Shown piece by piece: positions 51,241 through 64,000 of a stretch of DNA of 64,000 bases. Each line of letters begins with the position of its first letter. Positions within the stretch are counted from its first letter, which is position 1. Made by a program: the position numbers and the translations under genes. The notes below the pieces were generated by a model that was not told the DNA's origin, ran no database searches, and worked only from the letters and a program-made list of their open reading frames with translations. Origin of the DNA: Oceanospirillaceae bacterium (lineage in GTDB: Bacteria > Pseudomonadota > Gammaproteobacteria > Pseudomonadales > Balneatricaceae); assembly GCA_029938085.1 (NCBI GenBank), contig JAPYOS010000001.1:33493-97492 (forward strand), in the 5' to 3' direction.

Positions 51241-53211
51241 TTAGCTTGGTGCTTCGTCCGCACCAGGCACATCACTGTTGTCGGCATCAAGGTCAGCCTC
51301 GGCAACGGTGGCTTGCTCTTGTGCTGGCTCAGCGCTGGCATTGCCATCACCGTCGACATCGCTGCTATTACGCTCTTGCTCATCCCAGCCTTCTGGTGCA
51401 GAGACTTCTTCACGTGCAAGCAACTGATCAAGCTGGCTAGAATCAATGGTCTCATATTTCATCAAGGCCGCGGCCATCGCATCTAGAATGTCACGATTGT
51501 CATGCAAAATGGTATTAGCACGCTGGTAACAATCTTCAATAATATCTTTAATTTCTGCGTCTATAGCCGCCGTAGTCTCATCGGAAAAGCCTTTAGCGCC
51601 TTTACCTGGAGCGCCACTAAACGGATCGGAGTCTTCTGATTCGTACAACAATGGCCCTAGCTTTTCGGACAAGCCCCACTTAGTAACCATGTTGCGTGCC
51701 AGCTGTGTTGCGCGCTGAATATCGTTAGATGCGCCAGTGGTTACACCGTCTTTACCTAGCGTCATTTCTTCTGCAATACGACCACCATAGAGGCTACATA
51801 TCTGGCTCAAAATACCTTGGCGAGACAAGCTATAACGGTCTTGCTCGGGGAGGAACATGGTCACACCCAAGGCACGTCCACGAGGAATGATGGTGACCTT
51901 GTAAACGGGGTCATGGTCTGGCACTAAACGACCTACAATGGCATGGCCGGCTTCATGGAATGCCGTGTTCAGCTTTTCTTGAGGGAGCATCACCATTGAT
52001 TTGCGCTCTGCGCCCATCATGATTTTATCTTTGGCTTTTTCTAGCTCATCCATGCCCACAGTGCGCTTATTCAGTCGCGCTGTAAATAAGGCCGCTTCGT
52101 TCACCAAGTTGGCCAAATCGGCACCCGAGAACCCTGGCGTACCGCGGGCAATAAGTTTTGGCACTACGCCGTCACCTAAAGGGACCTTTTTAAGGTGCAC
52201 ATTAAGAATTTGTTCGCGACCACGGATATCTGGCAGTGGCACGTTGACTTGACGGTCGAAACGACCTGGGCGCAATAAGGCGTTGTCTAAAACGTCTGGG
52301 CGGTTGGTGGCAGCAATAACAATAATGCCTTCGTTACCCTCAAAACCGTCCATCTCCACTAACAACTGATTTAGTGTTTGCTCACGTTCGTCGTTACCAC
52401 CGCCCATACCCGCACCACGGTGGCGACCTACAGCATCAATTTCGTCGATGAAGATAATACAGGGGGCTTGTTTTTTAGCTTGCTCAAACATGTCACGCAC
52501 GCGTGATGCACCAACACCTACAAACATCTCTACAAAATCGGAACCAGAAATACTAAAGAACGGCACCTTGGCTTCACCGGCAATGGCTTTAGCCAATAAC
52601 GTTTTACCGGTACCTGGTGAGCCAGACATCAATACACCGCGGGGAATATAACCACCTAAACGCTGAAACTTACCTGGGTCACGTAGAAATTCCACCAATT
52701 CTTCGACGTCTTCTTTGGCTTCTTCTATACCTGCCACGTCGGCAAACGTGGTTTTAATTTGATCTTCGCTCATTAAGCGCGCTTTGCTCTTGCCAAACGA
52801 CATCGGGCCGCCTTTACCACCTGCGCCACCTTGCATTTGACGCATAAAGAACATGAACACCACAATGATGATGAGGATAGGTGCACTGGCTACCAGTAAT
52901 TGCACCCAAATACTTTGTTGTTCTGGCTGTTTACCAACAATGCCAACCTGATGAGTAATTAAGTCATCCACCAGCTTCGGGTCGGATAGCGCGGGCCGCA
53001 CCACTTCAAATTCGGTGCCATTACCATATGTACCGGTAATAATAATCCCATCAACTTCGATGTCTTTAACTTGGTCACGCTGTACTGCATGCACAAAATC
53101 GGAATAACTCACCCGATTGGGAGCAGTTTCTTGGCTAAAGTTGTTAAACACCGTTAGCAGCACTGCTGCAATGATGAGCCATAAAACCAAATTTTTTGTC
53201 ATGTTGTTCAA
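51241..53211 (-). CDS. ftsH: ATP-dependent zinc metalloprotease FtsH
   Basis: [26 protein letters not shown] and zinc motif HEAGH. Confidence 0.99.
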   Translation of the reverse strand: MNNMTKNLVLWLIIAAVLLTVFNNFSQETAPNRVSYSDFVHAVQRDQVKDIEVDGIIITGTYGNGTEFEVVRPALSDPKLVDDLITHQVGIVGKQPEQQSIWVQLLVASAPILIIIVVFMFFMRQMQGGAGGKGGPMSFGKSKARLMSEDQIKTTFADVAGIEEAKEDVEELVEFLRDPGKFQRLGGYIPRGVLMSGSPGTGKTLLAKAIAGEAKVPFFSISGSDFVEMFVGVGASRVRDMFEQAKKQAPCIIFIDEIDAVGRHRGAGMGGGNDEREQTLNQLLVEMDGFEGNEGIIVIAATNRPDVLDNALLRPGRFDRQVNVPLPDIRGREQILNVHLKKVPLGDGVVPKLIARGTPGFSGADLANLVNEAALFTARLNKRTVGMDELEKAKDKIMMGAERKSMVMLPQEKLNTAFHEAGHAIVGRLVPDHDPVYKVTIIPRGRALGVTMFLPEQDRYSLSRQGILSQICSLYGGRIAEEMTLGKDGVTTGASNDIQRATQLARNMVTKWGLSEKLGPLLYESEDSDPFSGAPGKGAKGFSDETTAAIDAEIKDIIEDCYQRANTILHDNRDILDAMAAALMKYETIDSSQLDQLLAREEVSAPEGWDEQERNSSDVDGDGNASAEPAQEQATVAEADLDADNSDVPGADEAPS

Positions 53212-53265
53212 GTGCTAAACTCCTAATCCTCTAACCGAGGCTGGCGTCGGCATTGGTGACAATAA

Positions 53266-53889
53266 TTATTGCCCTTTAAAACCGGTGGCCAATTGATAAA
53301 CTTCCCGCGAACGACCGCGTGAAGCATCGGGTTTACGTGACCGTACACTAGTGAAGCTGGTACGGGTATCTTTTAATAAATCGTCAAATCCTTCGCCCTG
53401 AAACACCTTGGCAACAAAGGTACCGCCAGGTTTCAATACGCTACGGGCCATATCTAAAGCCAATTCCACCAAGTACATCGATTTTGGCTGATCAATAGCG
53501 GGGTTACCACTCATATTGGGGGCCATATCAGAAATTACAAGGTCTGCCTTTTGGTCGCCTAGGGCGGCAACGATTTGATCGTAAACCGCTTGCTCAGTAA
53601 AATCGCCTTGCACAAAGGTAACATCGGCAATGGAATCCATGGCGAGAATATCAGAGGCCACCACAGTGCCTTCTTCGCCAACCAGCTGCATCGCCACTTG
53701 GGTCCACCCTCCAGGTGCCGCGCCTAAATCCACCACGATCATGCCGGGTTTGATTAGGCGGTCTTTTTTACTCATTTCGAGCAGCTTGTAGCTGGCACGC
53801 GAGCGATAGCCGTCCTTTTGGGACTGCTTAACATAAGGGTCGTCAAAGTGTTCTTTGAGCCAATTACTGCTGGTTTTTGATCTAGCCAA
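53266..53889 (-). CDS. rlmE: 23S rRNA Um2552 methyltransferase (RlmE/FtsJ)
   Basis: [18 protein letters not shown] and SDMAPN. Confidence 0.98.
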   Translation of the reverse strand: MARSKTSSNWLKEHFDDPYVKQSQKDGYRSRASYKLLEMSKKDRLIKPGMIVVDLGAAPGGWTQVAMQLVGEEGTVVASDILAMDSIADVTFVQGDFTEQAVYDQIVAALGDQKADLVISDMAPNMSGNPAIDQPKSMYLVELALDMARSVLKPGGTFVAKVFQGEGFDDLLKDTRTSFTSVRSRKPDASRGRSREVYQLATGFKGQ

Positions 53890-54038
53890 GGGAATCTCTG
53901 ATGATAGTTGTCAATGTTGGTTACAATTTGTGCAACGTACAAGCGCAGGCGCCAGACATCGGGTATAATGCGAGCCAGTTTAACACAGCATCGCGGCCGT
54001 TGGCGCCCTGCTCAGCATGCATTTTATTTTGGACACCC

Positions 54039-54341
54039 ATGAAACTACCACAATCACAGCAAAAACAACTCCGCACTATTGGCCACGCACTACATCCGTT
54101 AGTGACCGTAGCAGGTAACGGCCTATCAGAAAACGTAATGGCAGAAATTGCCCGCGCGTTATTTGATCATGAATTGATTAAAGTGAAATTTTCGGTGGGT
54201 GACCGGGCTGTAAAAAGCGCATTGATTGCCGATATGCTCAAGCAAAGTGGCGCAACTTTGGTGCAATCTATCGGCAACGTGGCATTGGTTTATTTACGCA
54301 ACCCAGATGCCGACCCAAAGAAATCTAACCTAGAACGTTAG
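54039..54341 (+). CDS. yhbY: YhbY family RNA-binding protein
   Basis: Start at ATG 54039 (MKLPQSQQKQLRTIGHALHP), then HELIKVK and VQSIGNVALVY. Divergent from rlmE. Confidence 0.92.
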   Translation: MKLPQSQQKQLRTIGHALHPLVTVAGNGLSENVMAEIARALFDHELIKVKFSVGDRAVKSALIADMLKQSGATLVQSIGNVALVYLRNPDADPKKSNLER

Positions 54342-54411
54342 ACTGCAGGCGCCATACTGAGATTCCGACCTACGCCGGAATAACTGCATGGTGCAGTAAT
54401 GCACTCAACCT

Positions 54412-54897
54412 CTATACGAGGTGCTGAACCTCAGCAATTTCGAAGTCCACCACGCCACCGGGGGTGGTGACCTTAACTTCGTCGCCTTCTTCTTTGCCAA
54501 TTAAGGCTCGGGCAATGGGCGAACCTAAAGAAATCTTGCCCGCCTTGATATCTGCTTCATCTTCGCCAACAATACAGTAGGTCTTTTCTGCGTCGGTATC
54601 CAAGTTAATAATGGTCACTGTGGTGCCAAAGATCACCTTGCCTGTGTGCGCAATCTGACTCACGTCGATCACTTGCACCAAAGACAGCTTAGCTTCTACT
54701 TCTTGAATACGACCTTCACAAAAGCTCTGCTGCTCACGCGCCGCATGGTACTCAGCATTTTCCTTCAAATCGCCGTGCTCACGAGCAGTGGCAATGTCTT
54801 GAATAATGCGCGGCCGAGTGACGGTTTTTAATTCCGCTAACTCCGTACGTAACATTTGCTCGCCACGTACGGTCATGGGGACTTTAGTAATCGCCAT
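54412..54897 (-). CDS. greA: Transcription elongation factor GreA
   Basis: [16 protein letters not shown] and [10 protein letters not shown]. Confidence 0.98.
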   Translation of the reverse strand: MAITKVPMTVRGEQMLRTELAELKTVTRPRIIQDIATAREHGDLKENAEYHAAREQQSFCEGRIQEVEAKLSLVQVIDVSQIAHTGKVIFGTTVTIINLDTDAEKTYCIVGEDEADIKAGKISLGSPIARALIGKEEGDEVKVTTPGGVVDFEIAEVQHLV

Positions 54898-54910
54898 AAT
54901 ATTGGTTTCC

Positions 54911-57900
54911 TTACGCTGTTAGCGTGGCATGCATATCTTGCAAGCGACGCACTTCTTTTTCTTCACCAAACTCCAAACCTTGCATGACAGCTAGGCCGCC
55001 TGTGAGTGTCGTGGAGTAAGCCACTTTATGCTGTAGGGCCGAGCGACGAATCAACGATGAGTCGTTAATCGCTTGGCGACCTTCGGTGGTATTCACAACG
55101 AAGGTGATTTCGTCATTCTTGATCTTATCAACAATGTTAGGACGACCTTCCATCACCTTGTTAACCAACTCACATTCAAAACCGGCATCGGTTAAGGTTT
55201 TTTGAGTGCCACTGGTTGCCACTAGGGTGAAACCAAGGTTAATTAACCCTGCCGCAAGCTTTAACGACGCCGGCTTGTCCACTTCGCGTACAGATACAAA
55301 TGCCTTGCCAGCCACTGGCATAGCTTGGCCAGTACCCATATGCGCCTTAGCAAAGGCCTCGGCGAAACTGTCACCGATACCCATCACTTCACCGGTAGAC
55401 TTCATTTCTGGGCTCAGAATAGGGTCAACACCTGGAAACTTGTTGAATGGGAATACCGCTTCCTTAACATTAAAGTAACCAGGGATAATTTCTTCAGTAT
55501 AACCAATTTCTGCAAGCGTCTTACCCGACATCACTTGGGCTGCAATATCAGCCAAAGACACGCCAATACACTTAGACACAAACGGCACTGTGCGTGAAGC
55601 ACGAGGATTGACTTCAATGATGTAAATTTCGCCATCTTGCCATGCCAGCTGCGTATTCATTAAGCCGATCACACCCAGTTCTAATGCCATACGCTTAACT
55701 TGGTCACGCATTGCGTCTTGAACGTCTTGCGGCAAGTCGTAAGGCGGCAAGGAACACGCCGAGTCACCTGAGTGAACGCCAGCTTGCTCAATGTGCTGCA
55801 TGATGGCACCAATCACCACCTGTTCGCCGTCACATATCGCGTCAATATCCACTTCTACGGCATTGCTCAAAAAGCGGTCCAGCAATACTGGGGAGTCGTT
55901 AGACACCTGTACAGCCTCGCTCATATAGCGTTTGAGCTCGTCTTCTTTGTGCACGATTTCCATGGCGCGACCACCTAACACATAGGATGGGCGAACCACT
56001 AGCGGGTAACCAATTTTTTCTGCAGCGCGTACCGCTTCTTCTTGGCTACGCACGGTAGAGTTGTCTGGCTGCAACAAGCCCAAACGTTGGATCATCTGCT
56101 GGAAACGCTCACGATCTTCTGCACGGTCAATGGCTTCTGGGCTGGTACCCAAGATAGGCACGCCTGCATTTTCTAGATCTACAGCCAATTTAAGCGGGGT
56201 TTGACCGCCGTATTGAACAATAACGCCTTTAGGCTGTTCAATGGCAACAATTTCTAACACATCTTCTAGGGTGACAGACTCAAAGTACAAACGGTCTGAA
56301 GTGTCGTAATCGGTCGATACGGTCTCTGGGTTACAGTTGACCATGATAGTTTCGTAACCTTGATTACGCATGGTAAGCGCCGCATGCACACAACAGTAGT
56401 CAAATTCAATGCCTTGACCGATGCGATTTGGCCCGCCCCCTAAGATCATAATCTTATCGCGGTTACTTGGGCGTGACTCGCACTCTTCTTCATAGGTCGA
56501 GTACATGTAGGCCGTGTCTGTAGCGAACTCAGCCGCGCAGGTGTCAACCCGCTTGTATACTGGGCGAATACCCAGCTTCTGACGGTGCTGACGGAAGCCT
56601 TTTTCGGTCAGGCCTAACAACGAGGCTAAACGGATGTCGGAGAAACCTTTACGCTTGAGGCCATAGACCATGTCGTAGTTAAGGTCTGCCAAGCCCAAGG
56701 TGGCCAATTTAGCTTCTTCTTTAATGAGGTCTTCTAACTGCACCAAGAACCAAGGATCAATACCAGAGTGCTGGTAGATCTCTTGCATGTCCATACCCAT
56801 ACGCATGGCATCGCCTACATATTGGATGCGGTCTGCACGTGGCGTCTTGAGCTCGGCAATAACCTTGCTGCGTGGATTTTCTTCATCGGCAGACAGAATT
56901 GGGTCTAAACCATGAATGCCAGTCTCTAAACCACGAAGGGCTTTTTGTAGAGACTCTTGGAAGGTACGGCCGATAGCCATCACTTCGCCCACAGATTTCA
57001 TTTGCGTGGTTAAACGGTCGTCGGCCTGAGGGAACTTCTCAAAGGTAAAACGCGGAATTTTAGTTACCACGTAATCGATGGCCGGCTCAAATGAAGCAGG
57101 TGTAGCGCCACCGGTAATGTCGTTTTGAAGTTCGTCTAAGGTGTAACCTACGGCCAACTTAGCCGCAACCTTGGCAATCGGGAAACCCGTGGCTTTAGAG
57201 GCTAATGCAGAAGAACGAGATACCCGTGGGTTCATCTCGATGACCACCATGCGGCCGTCTTCTGGGTTAACGCCAAACTGTACGTTAGAGCCGCCCGTTT
57301 CAACACCGATCTCACGCAATACCGCCAATGAGGCGTTACGCATAATTTGGTATTCTTTGTCGGTTAGCGTTTGTGCAGGCGCTACAGTAATAGAATCACC
57401 GGTGTGTACACCCATGGCATCAAAGTTTTCAATGGAACAAATGATGATGCAGTTGTCGTTAGTGTCACGCACCACTTCCATTTCATACTCTTTCCAACCA
57501 ATCAGCGACTCGTCGATTAACAGCTCGCTGGTGGGTGAAAGATCTAACCCGCGGATACAGATTTCTTCAAACTCTTCGCGGTTGTAAGCGATGCCGCCAC
57601 CCGAACCACCCATGGTGAAAGAAGGGCGAATGATGGCAGGGAAACCAATACGTGTTTGCACATCAAAGGCTTCTTCAAGCGTGTGGGCAATTTCCGCACG
57701 CGGGCACTCAAGGCCAATGTTCTTCATGGCCTTGTCGAAACGATTGCGGTCTTCGGCTTTATCGATGGTGTCTGCGTCGGCACCAATCATTTCTACATTG
57801 TACTTTTCCAGTACGCCCATACGGTTAAGGTCTAAGGCGCAGTTGAGCGCAGTTTGACCACCCATGGTTGGCAAAATAGCACTGGGGCGCTCTTTGGCAA

Positions 57901-58132
57901 TGATTTTCTCAACCGTTTGCCAAGTAATGGGCTCAATGTAGGTGGCGTCTGCCATGCTGGGGTCGGTCATGATGGTGGCTGGGTTAGAGTTCACCAAAAT
58001 AACACGGTAACCTTCTTCGCGAAGGGCTTTACAGGCTTGAGCACCTGAGTAATCAAATTCACAGGCTTGGCCAATGATGATAGGGCCAGCGCCAAGGATT
58101 AATATACTTTCGAGGTCGGAACGTTTAGGCAT
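54911..58132 (-). CDS. carB: Carbamoyl-phosphate synthase large subunit
   Basis: 1073 aa with [26 protein letters not shown] and a duplicated ATP-grasp. Confidence 0.99.
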   Translation of the reverse strand: MPKRSDLESILILGAGPIIIGQACEFDYSGAQACKALREEGYRVILVNSNPATIMTDPSMADATYIEPITWQTVEKIIAKERPSAILPTMGGQTALNCALDLNRMGVLEKYNVEMIGADADTIDKAEDRNRFDKAMKNIGLECPRAEIAHTLEEAFDVQTRIGFPAIIRPSFTMGGSGGGIAYNREEFEEICIRGLDLSPTSELLIDESLIGWKEYEMEVVRDTNDNCIIICSIENFDAMGVHTGDSITVAPAQTLTDKEYQIMRNASLAVLREIGVETGGSNVQFGVNPEDGRMVVIEMNPRVSRSSALASKATGFPIAKVAAKLAVGYTLDELQNDITGGATPASFEPAIDYVVTKIPRFTFEKFPQADDRLTTQMKSVGEVMAIGRTFQESLQKALRGLETGIHGLDPILSADEENPRSKVIAELKTPRADRIQYVGDAMRMGMDMQEIYQHSGIDPWFLVQLEDLIKEEAKLATLGLADLNYDMVYGLKRKGFSDIRLASLLGLTEKGFRQHRQKLGIRPVYKRVDTCAAEFATDTAYMYSTYEEECESRPSNRDKIMILGGGPNRIGQGIEFDYCCVHAALTMRNQGYETIMVNCNPETVSTDYDTSDRLYFESVTLEDVLEIVAIEQPKGVIVQYGGQTPLKLAVDLENAGVPILGTSPEAIDRAEDRERFQQMIQRLGLLQPDNSTVRSQEEAVRAAEKIGYPLVVRPSYVLGGRAMEIVHKEDELKRYMSEAVQVSNDSPVLLDRFLSNAVEVDIDAICDGEQVVIGAIMQHIEQAGVHSGDSACSLPPYDLPQDVQDAMRDQVKRMALELGVIGLMNTQLAWQDGEIYIIEVNPRASRTVPFVSKCIGVSLADIAAQVMSGKTLAEIGYTEEIIPGYFNVKEAVFPFNKFPGVDPILSPEMKSTGEVMGIGDSFAEAFAKAHMGTGQAMPVAGKAFVSVREVDKPASLKLAAGLINLGFTLVATSGTQKTLTDAGFECELVNKVMEGRPNIVDKIKNDEITFVVNTTEGRQAINDSSLIRRSALQHKVAYSTTLTGGLAVMQGLEFGEEKEVRRLQDMHATLTA

Positions 58133-58161
58133 GTCGGATATCCAATAATCTGTTCTAGGGC

Positions 58162-59292
58162 TTAAGCTTTACGCGCTGTCATGATGTCGATAAAACGATC
58201 AAACAGTGGCGCCACATCGTGTGGGCCTGGGCTCGCTTCTGGGTGACCTTGAAAACTAAAGGCCTGCTTATCGGTACGTTCAATACCCTGTAAAGAACCA
58301 TCAAACAAAGACTTGTGGGTGGCCCGCAAGGTGTTTGGCATGGAGTCTTCTGCTACTGCAAAACCATGGTTTTGGCTGGTGATCATCACCACTTTAGAAT
58401 CTAAATCTTGTACTGGATGGTTGGCACCGTGGTGGCCAAACTTCATTTTTTCAGTCTTAGCACCAGAAGCCAAAGCAAGTAACTGATGGCCCAAGCAAAT
58501 ACCAAACACAGGCGTGTCTGTTTCTAGGATCTCTTTGATGGCGGCGATGGCATAATCACATGGCTCTGGGTCACCCGGGCCGTTAGATAAAAATACGCCG
58601 TCTGGCTTCATAGCCAATACGTCTTTAGCAGGCGTTTGTGCAGGAACTACCGTTAAATCACAACCGCGCTCTACCAACATGCGCAGGATGTTGCGCTTAA
58701 CACCGTAGTCGTAGGCCACAACTTTAAGCTGACCGTCGGTCTTTTCTGTGTTGCCTTCCACTAAGTCCCATGTAGAGCCAGTCCAGTCGTAGGCTTCTTC
58801 AACCGTAACCTGCTTAGCAAGGTCCATGCCTTTTAGACCAGAAAAACCCTTAGCCGCGGCTAAAGCTGCTGCTTCGTCAATATCGTCACCAGCCATAATA
58901 CAGCCAGATTGAGCGCCCTTTTCGCGCAAAATGCGGGTTAGGCGGCGGGTGTCTATGTCGGCAATGGCAACCACGTTGTTGGCAATAAGGTATTCATCAA
59001 GTGGCTGAGTGTTACGCCAGTTGCTCGCCATTAACGGCAAGTCTCGAATCACCAAGCCAGCTGACCAGATATGGGCAGACTCTTCGTCTTCTGAGTTGGT
59101 GCCGGTGTTGCCAATGTGTGGGTAGGTAAGGGTAACAATTTGGTGTGCGTACGAAGGATCCGTGAGGATTTCTTGGTAGCCGGTCATGGAAGTGTTAAAC
59201 ACCACCTCACCAGTGCTTTGGCCAGTGGCGCCAATAGCAACCCCTCTAAATATGCTGCCGTCTTCTAAAGCCAGAATGGCGGGAGTAGTCAA
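58162..59292 (-). CDS. carA: Carbamoyl-phosphate synthase small subunit
   Basis: [28 protein letters not shown] and QGHPE. Confidence 0.99.
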   Translation of the reverse strand: MTTPAILALEDGSIFRGVAIGATGQSTGEVVFNTSMTGYQEILTDPSYAHQIVTLTYPHIGNTGTNSEDEESAHIWSAGLVIRDLPLMASNWRNTQPLDEYLIANNVVAIADIDTRRLTRILREKGAQSGCIMAGDDIDEAAALAAAKGFSGLKGMDLAKQVTVEEAYDWTGSTWDLVEGNTEKTDGQLKVVAYDYGVKRNILRMLVERGCDLTVVPAQTPAKDVLAMKPDGVFLSNGPGDPEPCDYAIAAIKEILETDTPVFGICLGHQLLALASGAKTEKMKFGHHGANHPVQDLDSKVVMITSQNHGFAVAEDSMPNTLRATHKSLFDGSLQGIERTDKQAFSFQGHPEASPGPHDVAPLFDRFIDIMTARKA

Positions 59293-59345
59293 TGGGGGCC
59301 TCCTCAGGTGTGTACATAATGCGGGTAAATGTTTTCTTCAGGTAC

Positions 59346-59404
59346 AAAAAAGTGCGGCCTCTAGTCGCAAAAAAGCGAGGTGTGTTAGACACGCCCCGCT
59401 TTTT
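59346..59404 (-). promoter_or_regulatory. Tandem terminator-like hairpins in the carA leader (putative attenuator)
   Basis: Minus strand AAAAGCGGGGCGTGT...ACACCTCGCTTTTTT, then TGCGAC-TAGAG-GCCGCA-C-TTTTTT. Both lie between the promoter and the carA start. Confidence 0.55.
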
Positions 59405-59453
59405 ATAAATGCTATGACCGGCAGCTAAATTATTGCGCCTTTGAACTGACGGA

Positions 59454-59483
59454 ATTATACAGAATAAAACAACCTTTTGTCTA
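59454..59483 (-). promoter_or_regulatory. Sigma70 promoter for carAB
   Basis: Minus strand TAGACA-18 nt-TATAAT. Confidence 0.6.
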
Positions 59484-59511
59484 GCAGATTCTGTGGAACA
59501 AAGCGGATCAG

Positions 59512-60327
<816 letters not shown>

Positions 60328-60355
60328 CTAGTGATTGCCGCGCTTCGCTCGCAAT

Positions 60356-61477
60356 CTATGTATCTTCAAAAAAGCTCTTAACGCCATCAAACCAAGACGA
60401 CTTTTTCGGCGAATGCTTCCCTTTACTGGCTTCCATAGTGTCATGGAACTTACGTAACAGGTCTTTTTGCTCTTTGCTTAAATGCACTGGTGTTTCTACG
60501 GCTACGCGGCACATTAGATCGCCTTGCCCACCACCACGCACCTGCGTCACGCCTTTGCCGCGCAAACGGAACATTTTACCGCTCTGAGCACCTTCTGGGA
60601 TTTTTAGCTTAACACGGCCATCTAAGGTCGGTACTTCTATTTCTCCACCTAGCGCTGCATCAGTAAAGCTAATAGGCACCTCGCAATAGAGGTTTTTACC
60701 ATCGCGGGTAAAGATTTTATGCTCGCGCACCGAGACTTGTACATAAAGGTCGCCACTTGGCCCGCCGTTAACACCGGCTTCACCTTCGCCAGTTAAACGA
60801 ATGCGGTCGCCGGTATCGACACCCGCCGGAATTTTAACCGATAGGGTTTTGTATTCTTGCACACGGCCTTCACCATGGCATGAACCACAAGGGTGACTGA
60901 TTACCTTGCCATTACCATGACACGTAGGGCAGGTTTGCTGCACCGAGAAAAAGCCTTGCTGCATGCGCACTTGGCCTTGGCCATGACAGGTACCACAACT
61001 CTTGCTGCTGGTACCAGGCTTAGCGCCCGATCCATCACAAGGGCCACACTCGACTTGCGTTGGAATACGAATTTCTTTGGTGGTACCACGCACAGCCCGC
61101 TCTAGGTCTAAATCCATGGTGTAACGTAAGTCAGAACCACGCTGCACACTAGAACGTCCACCACCGCCACCTGCGCCACCAAAAATGTCACCAAACATGT
61201 CGCCAAACACGTCACCAAAACCAGCGCCGCCAGCGCCACCACGGGCATTAGGATCAACACCTGCATGGCCATATTGGTCATACGCTGCTTTCTTTTGCTC
61301 GTCGGACAAAATTTCGTAAGCTTCGTTAACTTCTTTAAAGCTCTCTTCTGCGGCTTTGTCGTCGGGGTTACGATCGGGATGGTACTTCATCGCCATACGG
61401 CGAAAAGCCTTTTTAATTTCCTTCTTGTCAGACCCTTTGGCCACACCAAGAACTTCGTAAAAATCACGTTTAGACAT
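60356..61477 (-). CDS. dnaJ: Chaperone DnaJ
   Basis: J-domain HPD motif, G/F-rich linker and four CxxCxGxG zinc motifs. Confidence 0.99.
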   Translation of the reverse strand: MSKRDFYEVLGVAKGSDKKEIKKAFRRMAMKYHPDRNPDDKAAEESFKEVNEAYEILSDEQKKAAYDQYGHAGVDPNARGGAGGAGFGDVFGDMFGDIFGGAGGGGGRSSVQRGSDLRYTMDLDLERAVRGTTKEIRIPTQVECGPCDGSGAKPGTSSKSCGTCHGQGQVRMQQGFFSVQQTCPTCHGNGKVISHPCGSCHGEGRVQEYKTLSVKIPAGVDTGDRIRLTGEGEAGVNGGPSGDLYVQVSVREHKIFTRDGKNLYCEVPISFTDAALGGEIEVPTLDGRVKLKIPEGAQSGKMFRLRGKGVTQVRGGGQGDLMCRVAVETPVHLSKEQKDLLRKFHDTMEASKGKHSPKKSSWFDGVKSFFEDT

Positions 61478-61513
61478 AATTATTCCACTGTGCTTCTTCT
61501 TGTGAGAAGCAGA

Positions 61514-61545
61514 TACAAGAACGCAGGGCTAAGCCCCGCGTTGTA
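61514..61545 (-). terminator. Hairpin between dnaK and dnaJ
   Basis: Minus strand AACGCGGGGC-TTA-GCCCTGCGTT with only a weak U tract (CTTGTAT). Confidence 0.4.
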
Positions 61546-61586
61546 ATTTCGCGCCCTATTAAGAGGCGCTAGCAGGCGTATAAGGC

Positions 61587-63506
61587 TTACTTTTTGTCGT
61601 CGTCTTTAACTTCTTCAAACTCAGCATCAACTGCATCGTCTGCGCCCGCATCACCTTGTGCTTCTTCGCCACCTTGGGCAGCAGCATCTTCTGCGTACAT
61701 CTTCTGAGCGATAGCACCTGAAGCTTCAGTCAAAGCAGCTGTTGCGGCTTCGATGGCTTCTTTGTCGTCGCCCTTAAGCGCCTCTTCAACGCCTTCGATC
61801 GCAGTAGTTACGGCAGCTTTCTCTTCGTCTGTCGCTTTGTCGCCAGCTTCTTCAATCATCTTCTTAGTTGAGTGAACCATGCCGTCGGCCGTGTTACGAG
61901 CCTGTACCATTTCTTCAAACTTTTGGTCTTCCGCAGCGTTAGCTTCTGCATCTTGCACCATTTGCTCAATTTCTTCATCGCTCAAACCAGAAGATGCCTT
62001 GATAATGATGGACTGCTCTTTGCCCGTACCTTTGTCTTTAGCCGACACGTTTAAAATACCGTTAGCATCAATGTCGAAGCTCACTTCGATTTGTGGCATG
62101 CCACGTGGTGCTGGTGGAATGTCACTAAGGTCAAAACGGCCCAACGACTTGTTTTGTGTGGCTTGCTTACGCTCACCTTGGCATACGTGAATAGTCACGG
62201 CAGCTTGGTTGTCGTCGGCAGTAGAGAACACCTGCGACTTCTTAGTAGGGATGGTAGTGTTTTTGTCGATCACCGAAGTCATCACGCCACCCATGGTTTC
62301 AATACCAAGAGTTAGCGGGGTTACGTCTAGCAATAGTACGTCGGTTACGTCGCCAGCCAATACACCACCCTGAATGGCTGCGCCCATGGCTACAGCTTCG
62401 TCTGGGTTTACGTCTTTACGTGGCTCCTTACCAAAGAACTTAGTCACTTCGGCTTGCACTAAAGGCATACGGCTCTGACCGCCTACCAAAATCACTTCGT
62501 CAATTTCGCTCGCGTCTAGGTCTGCATCTTTAAGGGCTTGGGCACATGGCTTCAAGGTGCCCGTGACCAAGTCTTCAACCAACGACTCCAACTTAGCGCG
62601 GGAAATCTTAACGTTTAAGTGCTTAGGGCCAGTGGCGTCTGCAGTAATGTACGGTAAGTTAACATCGGTTTGGTTAGAGGTAGACAGCTCAACTTTCGCT
62701 TTCTCGCCCGCTTCTTTCAAACGCTGCAGTGCAATAGGATCGTTATGTAGATCAATACCACTTTCTTTCTTAAATTCGCCTGCCAAAAACTCGATCAAAC
62801 GTAGGTCAAAGTCTTCGCCGCCTAGGAAGGTATCGCCGTTAGTGGCCAACACTTCAAACTGGGTTTCGCCATCTACGTCAGCAATTTCGATGATAGAGAT
62901 ATCAAAGGTACCACCACCAAGGTCATACACTGCAATGGTAGAATCACCACGGGCTTTATCAAGGCCGTAGGCCAAGGCAGCTGCGGTAGGCTCGTTAATG
63001 ATGCGCTTTACTTCAAGGCCAGCAATGCGGCCAGCGTCTTTTGTGGCTTGACGCTGAGAGTCGTTAAAGTAAGCCGGTACAGTAATAACGGCTTCAGAAA
63101 CGCTTTCGCCCAAAAAGTCTTCTGCAGTCTTCTTCATCTTCTTCAAGATTTCAGCAGAAATTTGTGGTGGTGCTTTGGTTTCGCCATTCACATGAACCCA
63201 AGCGTCACCATTGTCGGCTGCTTCGATTTTGTAAGGCACCATCTTGATGTCTTTTTGTACTACGTCGTCTTTAAACTTACGCCCGATCAAACGTTTGATC
63301 GCGAATAAAGTGTTTTCTGGGTTGGTTACCGCTTGACGCTTGGCAGACTGACCTACCAAAGTCTCGCCATCATCAGCAAATGCGATGATGGAAGGGGTAG
63401 TACGATCGCCTTCGGCGTTCTCGATTACTTTAGCGCTGCCGCCATCTAAAACTGATACACATGAGTTGGTGGTGCCCAAGTCAATACCAATGATTTTTCC
63501 CATCAT
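61587..63506 (-). CDS. dnaK: Chaperone DnaK (Hsp70)
   Basis: [27 protein letters not shown] and DAEFEEVK. Start at ATG 63506 or 63503 (track start 63557). Confidence 0.99.
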   Translation of the reverse strand: MMGKIIGIDLGTTNSCVSVLDGGSAKVIENAEGDRTTPSIIAFADDGETLVGQSAKRQAVTNPENTLFAIKRLIGRKFKDDVVQKDIKMVPYKIEAADNGDAWVHVNGETKAPPQISAEILKKMKKTAEDFLGESVSEAVITVPAYFNDSQRQATKDAGRIAGLEVKRIINEPTAAALAYGLDKARGDSTIAVYDLGGGTFDISIIEIADVDGETQFEVLATNGDTFLGGEDFDLRLIEFLAGEFKKESGIDLHNDPIALQRLKEAGEKAKVELSTSNQTDVNLPYITADATGPKHLNVKISRAKLESLVEDLVTGTLKPCAQALKDADLDASEIDEVILVGGQSRMPLVQAEVTKFFGKEPRKDVNPDEAVAMGAAIQGGVLAGDVTDVLLLDVTPLTLGIETMGGVMTSVIDKNTTIPTKKSQVFSTADDNQAAVTIHVCQGERKQATQNKSLGRFDLSDIPPAPRGMPQIEVSFDIDANGILNVSAKDKGTGKEQSIIIKASSGLSDEEIEQMVQDAEANAAEDQKFEEMVQARNTADGMVHSTKKMIEEAGDKATDEEKAAVTTAIEGVEEALKGDDKEAIEAATAALTEASGAIAQKMYAEDAAAQGGEEAQGDAGADDAVDAEFEEVKDDDKK

Positions 63507-63620
63507 AAACTCCAATACTTTATGTCCTTGAAGGACTTTAATTTCAATTCTGTTCAAACCACGCTAGCGGCTTAGGCTCTTCTGTTTGGCCCTAGGCTTG
63601 GCGCTGTTTGCTTGTGTTCT

Positions 63621-63649
63621 TATGTAAGGACGATTGCCCAAACTTCAAG
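63621..63649 (-). promoter_or_regulatory. Possible sigma32 (RpoH) promoter for dnaK
   Basis: Minus strand CTTGAA-14 nt-CCTTACAT. The -35 matches the RpoH consensus CTTGAA; the -10 only partly matches CCCCATNT. Confidence 0.45.
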
Positions 63650-63667
63650 TGAAAAGCCTTATTTTTT

Positions 63668-64000
63668 CTAGGCTTTTGAAACCACAACCATGGCCGGACG
63701 AATAAGGCGGCTATTTAGGGTATACCCTTTCTGAAACACCTCCATAACGGTGTTTGGTTCCATGTCTGGGTTTGGTACAGCGGTCATCGCCTCGTGCAAT
63801 TCTGGGTTGAATGGCTCGCCATGGGGGTCAAGTTGCTCAACGTTAAACTTCTTCAAGCCATCCAAAAGCATTTTTTGGCTCAATTCAACGCCTTCAAGCA
63901 AACCCTCAACAGTCGCTTGCTCTGCCTTACCCGCCTCTACCGCACGGCCCAAGTTATCTAACAAAGAAACCACTTCAGTCATCAACTTTTCTTGACCAAA
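63668..64000 (-). CDS. grpE: Nucleotide exchange factor GrpE (partial, starts beyond the right edge)
   Basis: DNLGRA, EPFNPELHEA and QKGYTLNSRLIRPAMVVV. Located upstream of dnaK. Confidence 0.96.
   Translation of the reverse strand, partial: FGQEKLMTEVVSLLDNLGRAVEAGKAEQATVEGLLEGVELSQKMLLDGLKKFNVEQLDPHGEPFNPELHEAMTAVPNPDMEPNTVMEVFQKGYTLNSRLIRPAMVVVSKA

Overview
This window is a gene-dense core-chromosome segment of a gammaproteobacterium. Gene order and protein sequences look Pseudomonadales/Oceanospirillales-like; that placement is inferred, not searched. Contents from left to right: partial thiP; a lipid A/LPS block (waaA, a frameshifted GT4 glycosyltransferase, dgkA, msbA, lpxL); glnE; a histidine kinase interrupted by one in-frame TAA; argA and ilvD; a ~575-bp structured palindromic repeat; folA-thyA-lgt-TauE / NRDE-LysE / ptsP-rppH; a HAD hydrolase; rlmI-gcvH-ubiI-ubiH-pepP-ygfB; coiled-coil ORF-zapA-6S RNA; a CpxRA-like two-component pair; ilvA, rpiA and serA. 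The long conserved block follows: pnp-rpsO-truB-rbfA-infB-nusA-rimP-tRNA-fMet, then tRNA-Leu-secG-tpiA-glmM-folP-ftsH-rlmE-yhbY-greA-carB-carA-dapB-dnaJ-dnaK-grpE. A small islet (decayed flavin oxidoreductase plus a glyoxalase) sits between the two tRNAs. I found no transposase, integrase, prophage gene or CRISPR array, and no convincing novel multi-gene system. The most unusual signal is the non-coding element at 14440-15013: near-identical 40-bp terminal inverted repeats around two diverged, inverted ~210-bp copies. The hairpins in those copies keep ANGGAT loops while the stems covary, and the loops match the CsrA/RsmA binding motif. Three interrupted genes come next, one of them broken inside a (TG)4 tract. 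All alignments and coordinates were read by eye; start codons adjusted from the ORF track are flagged.
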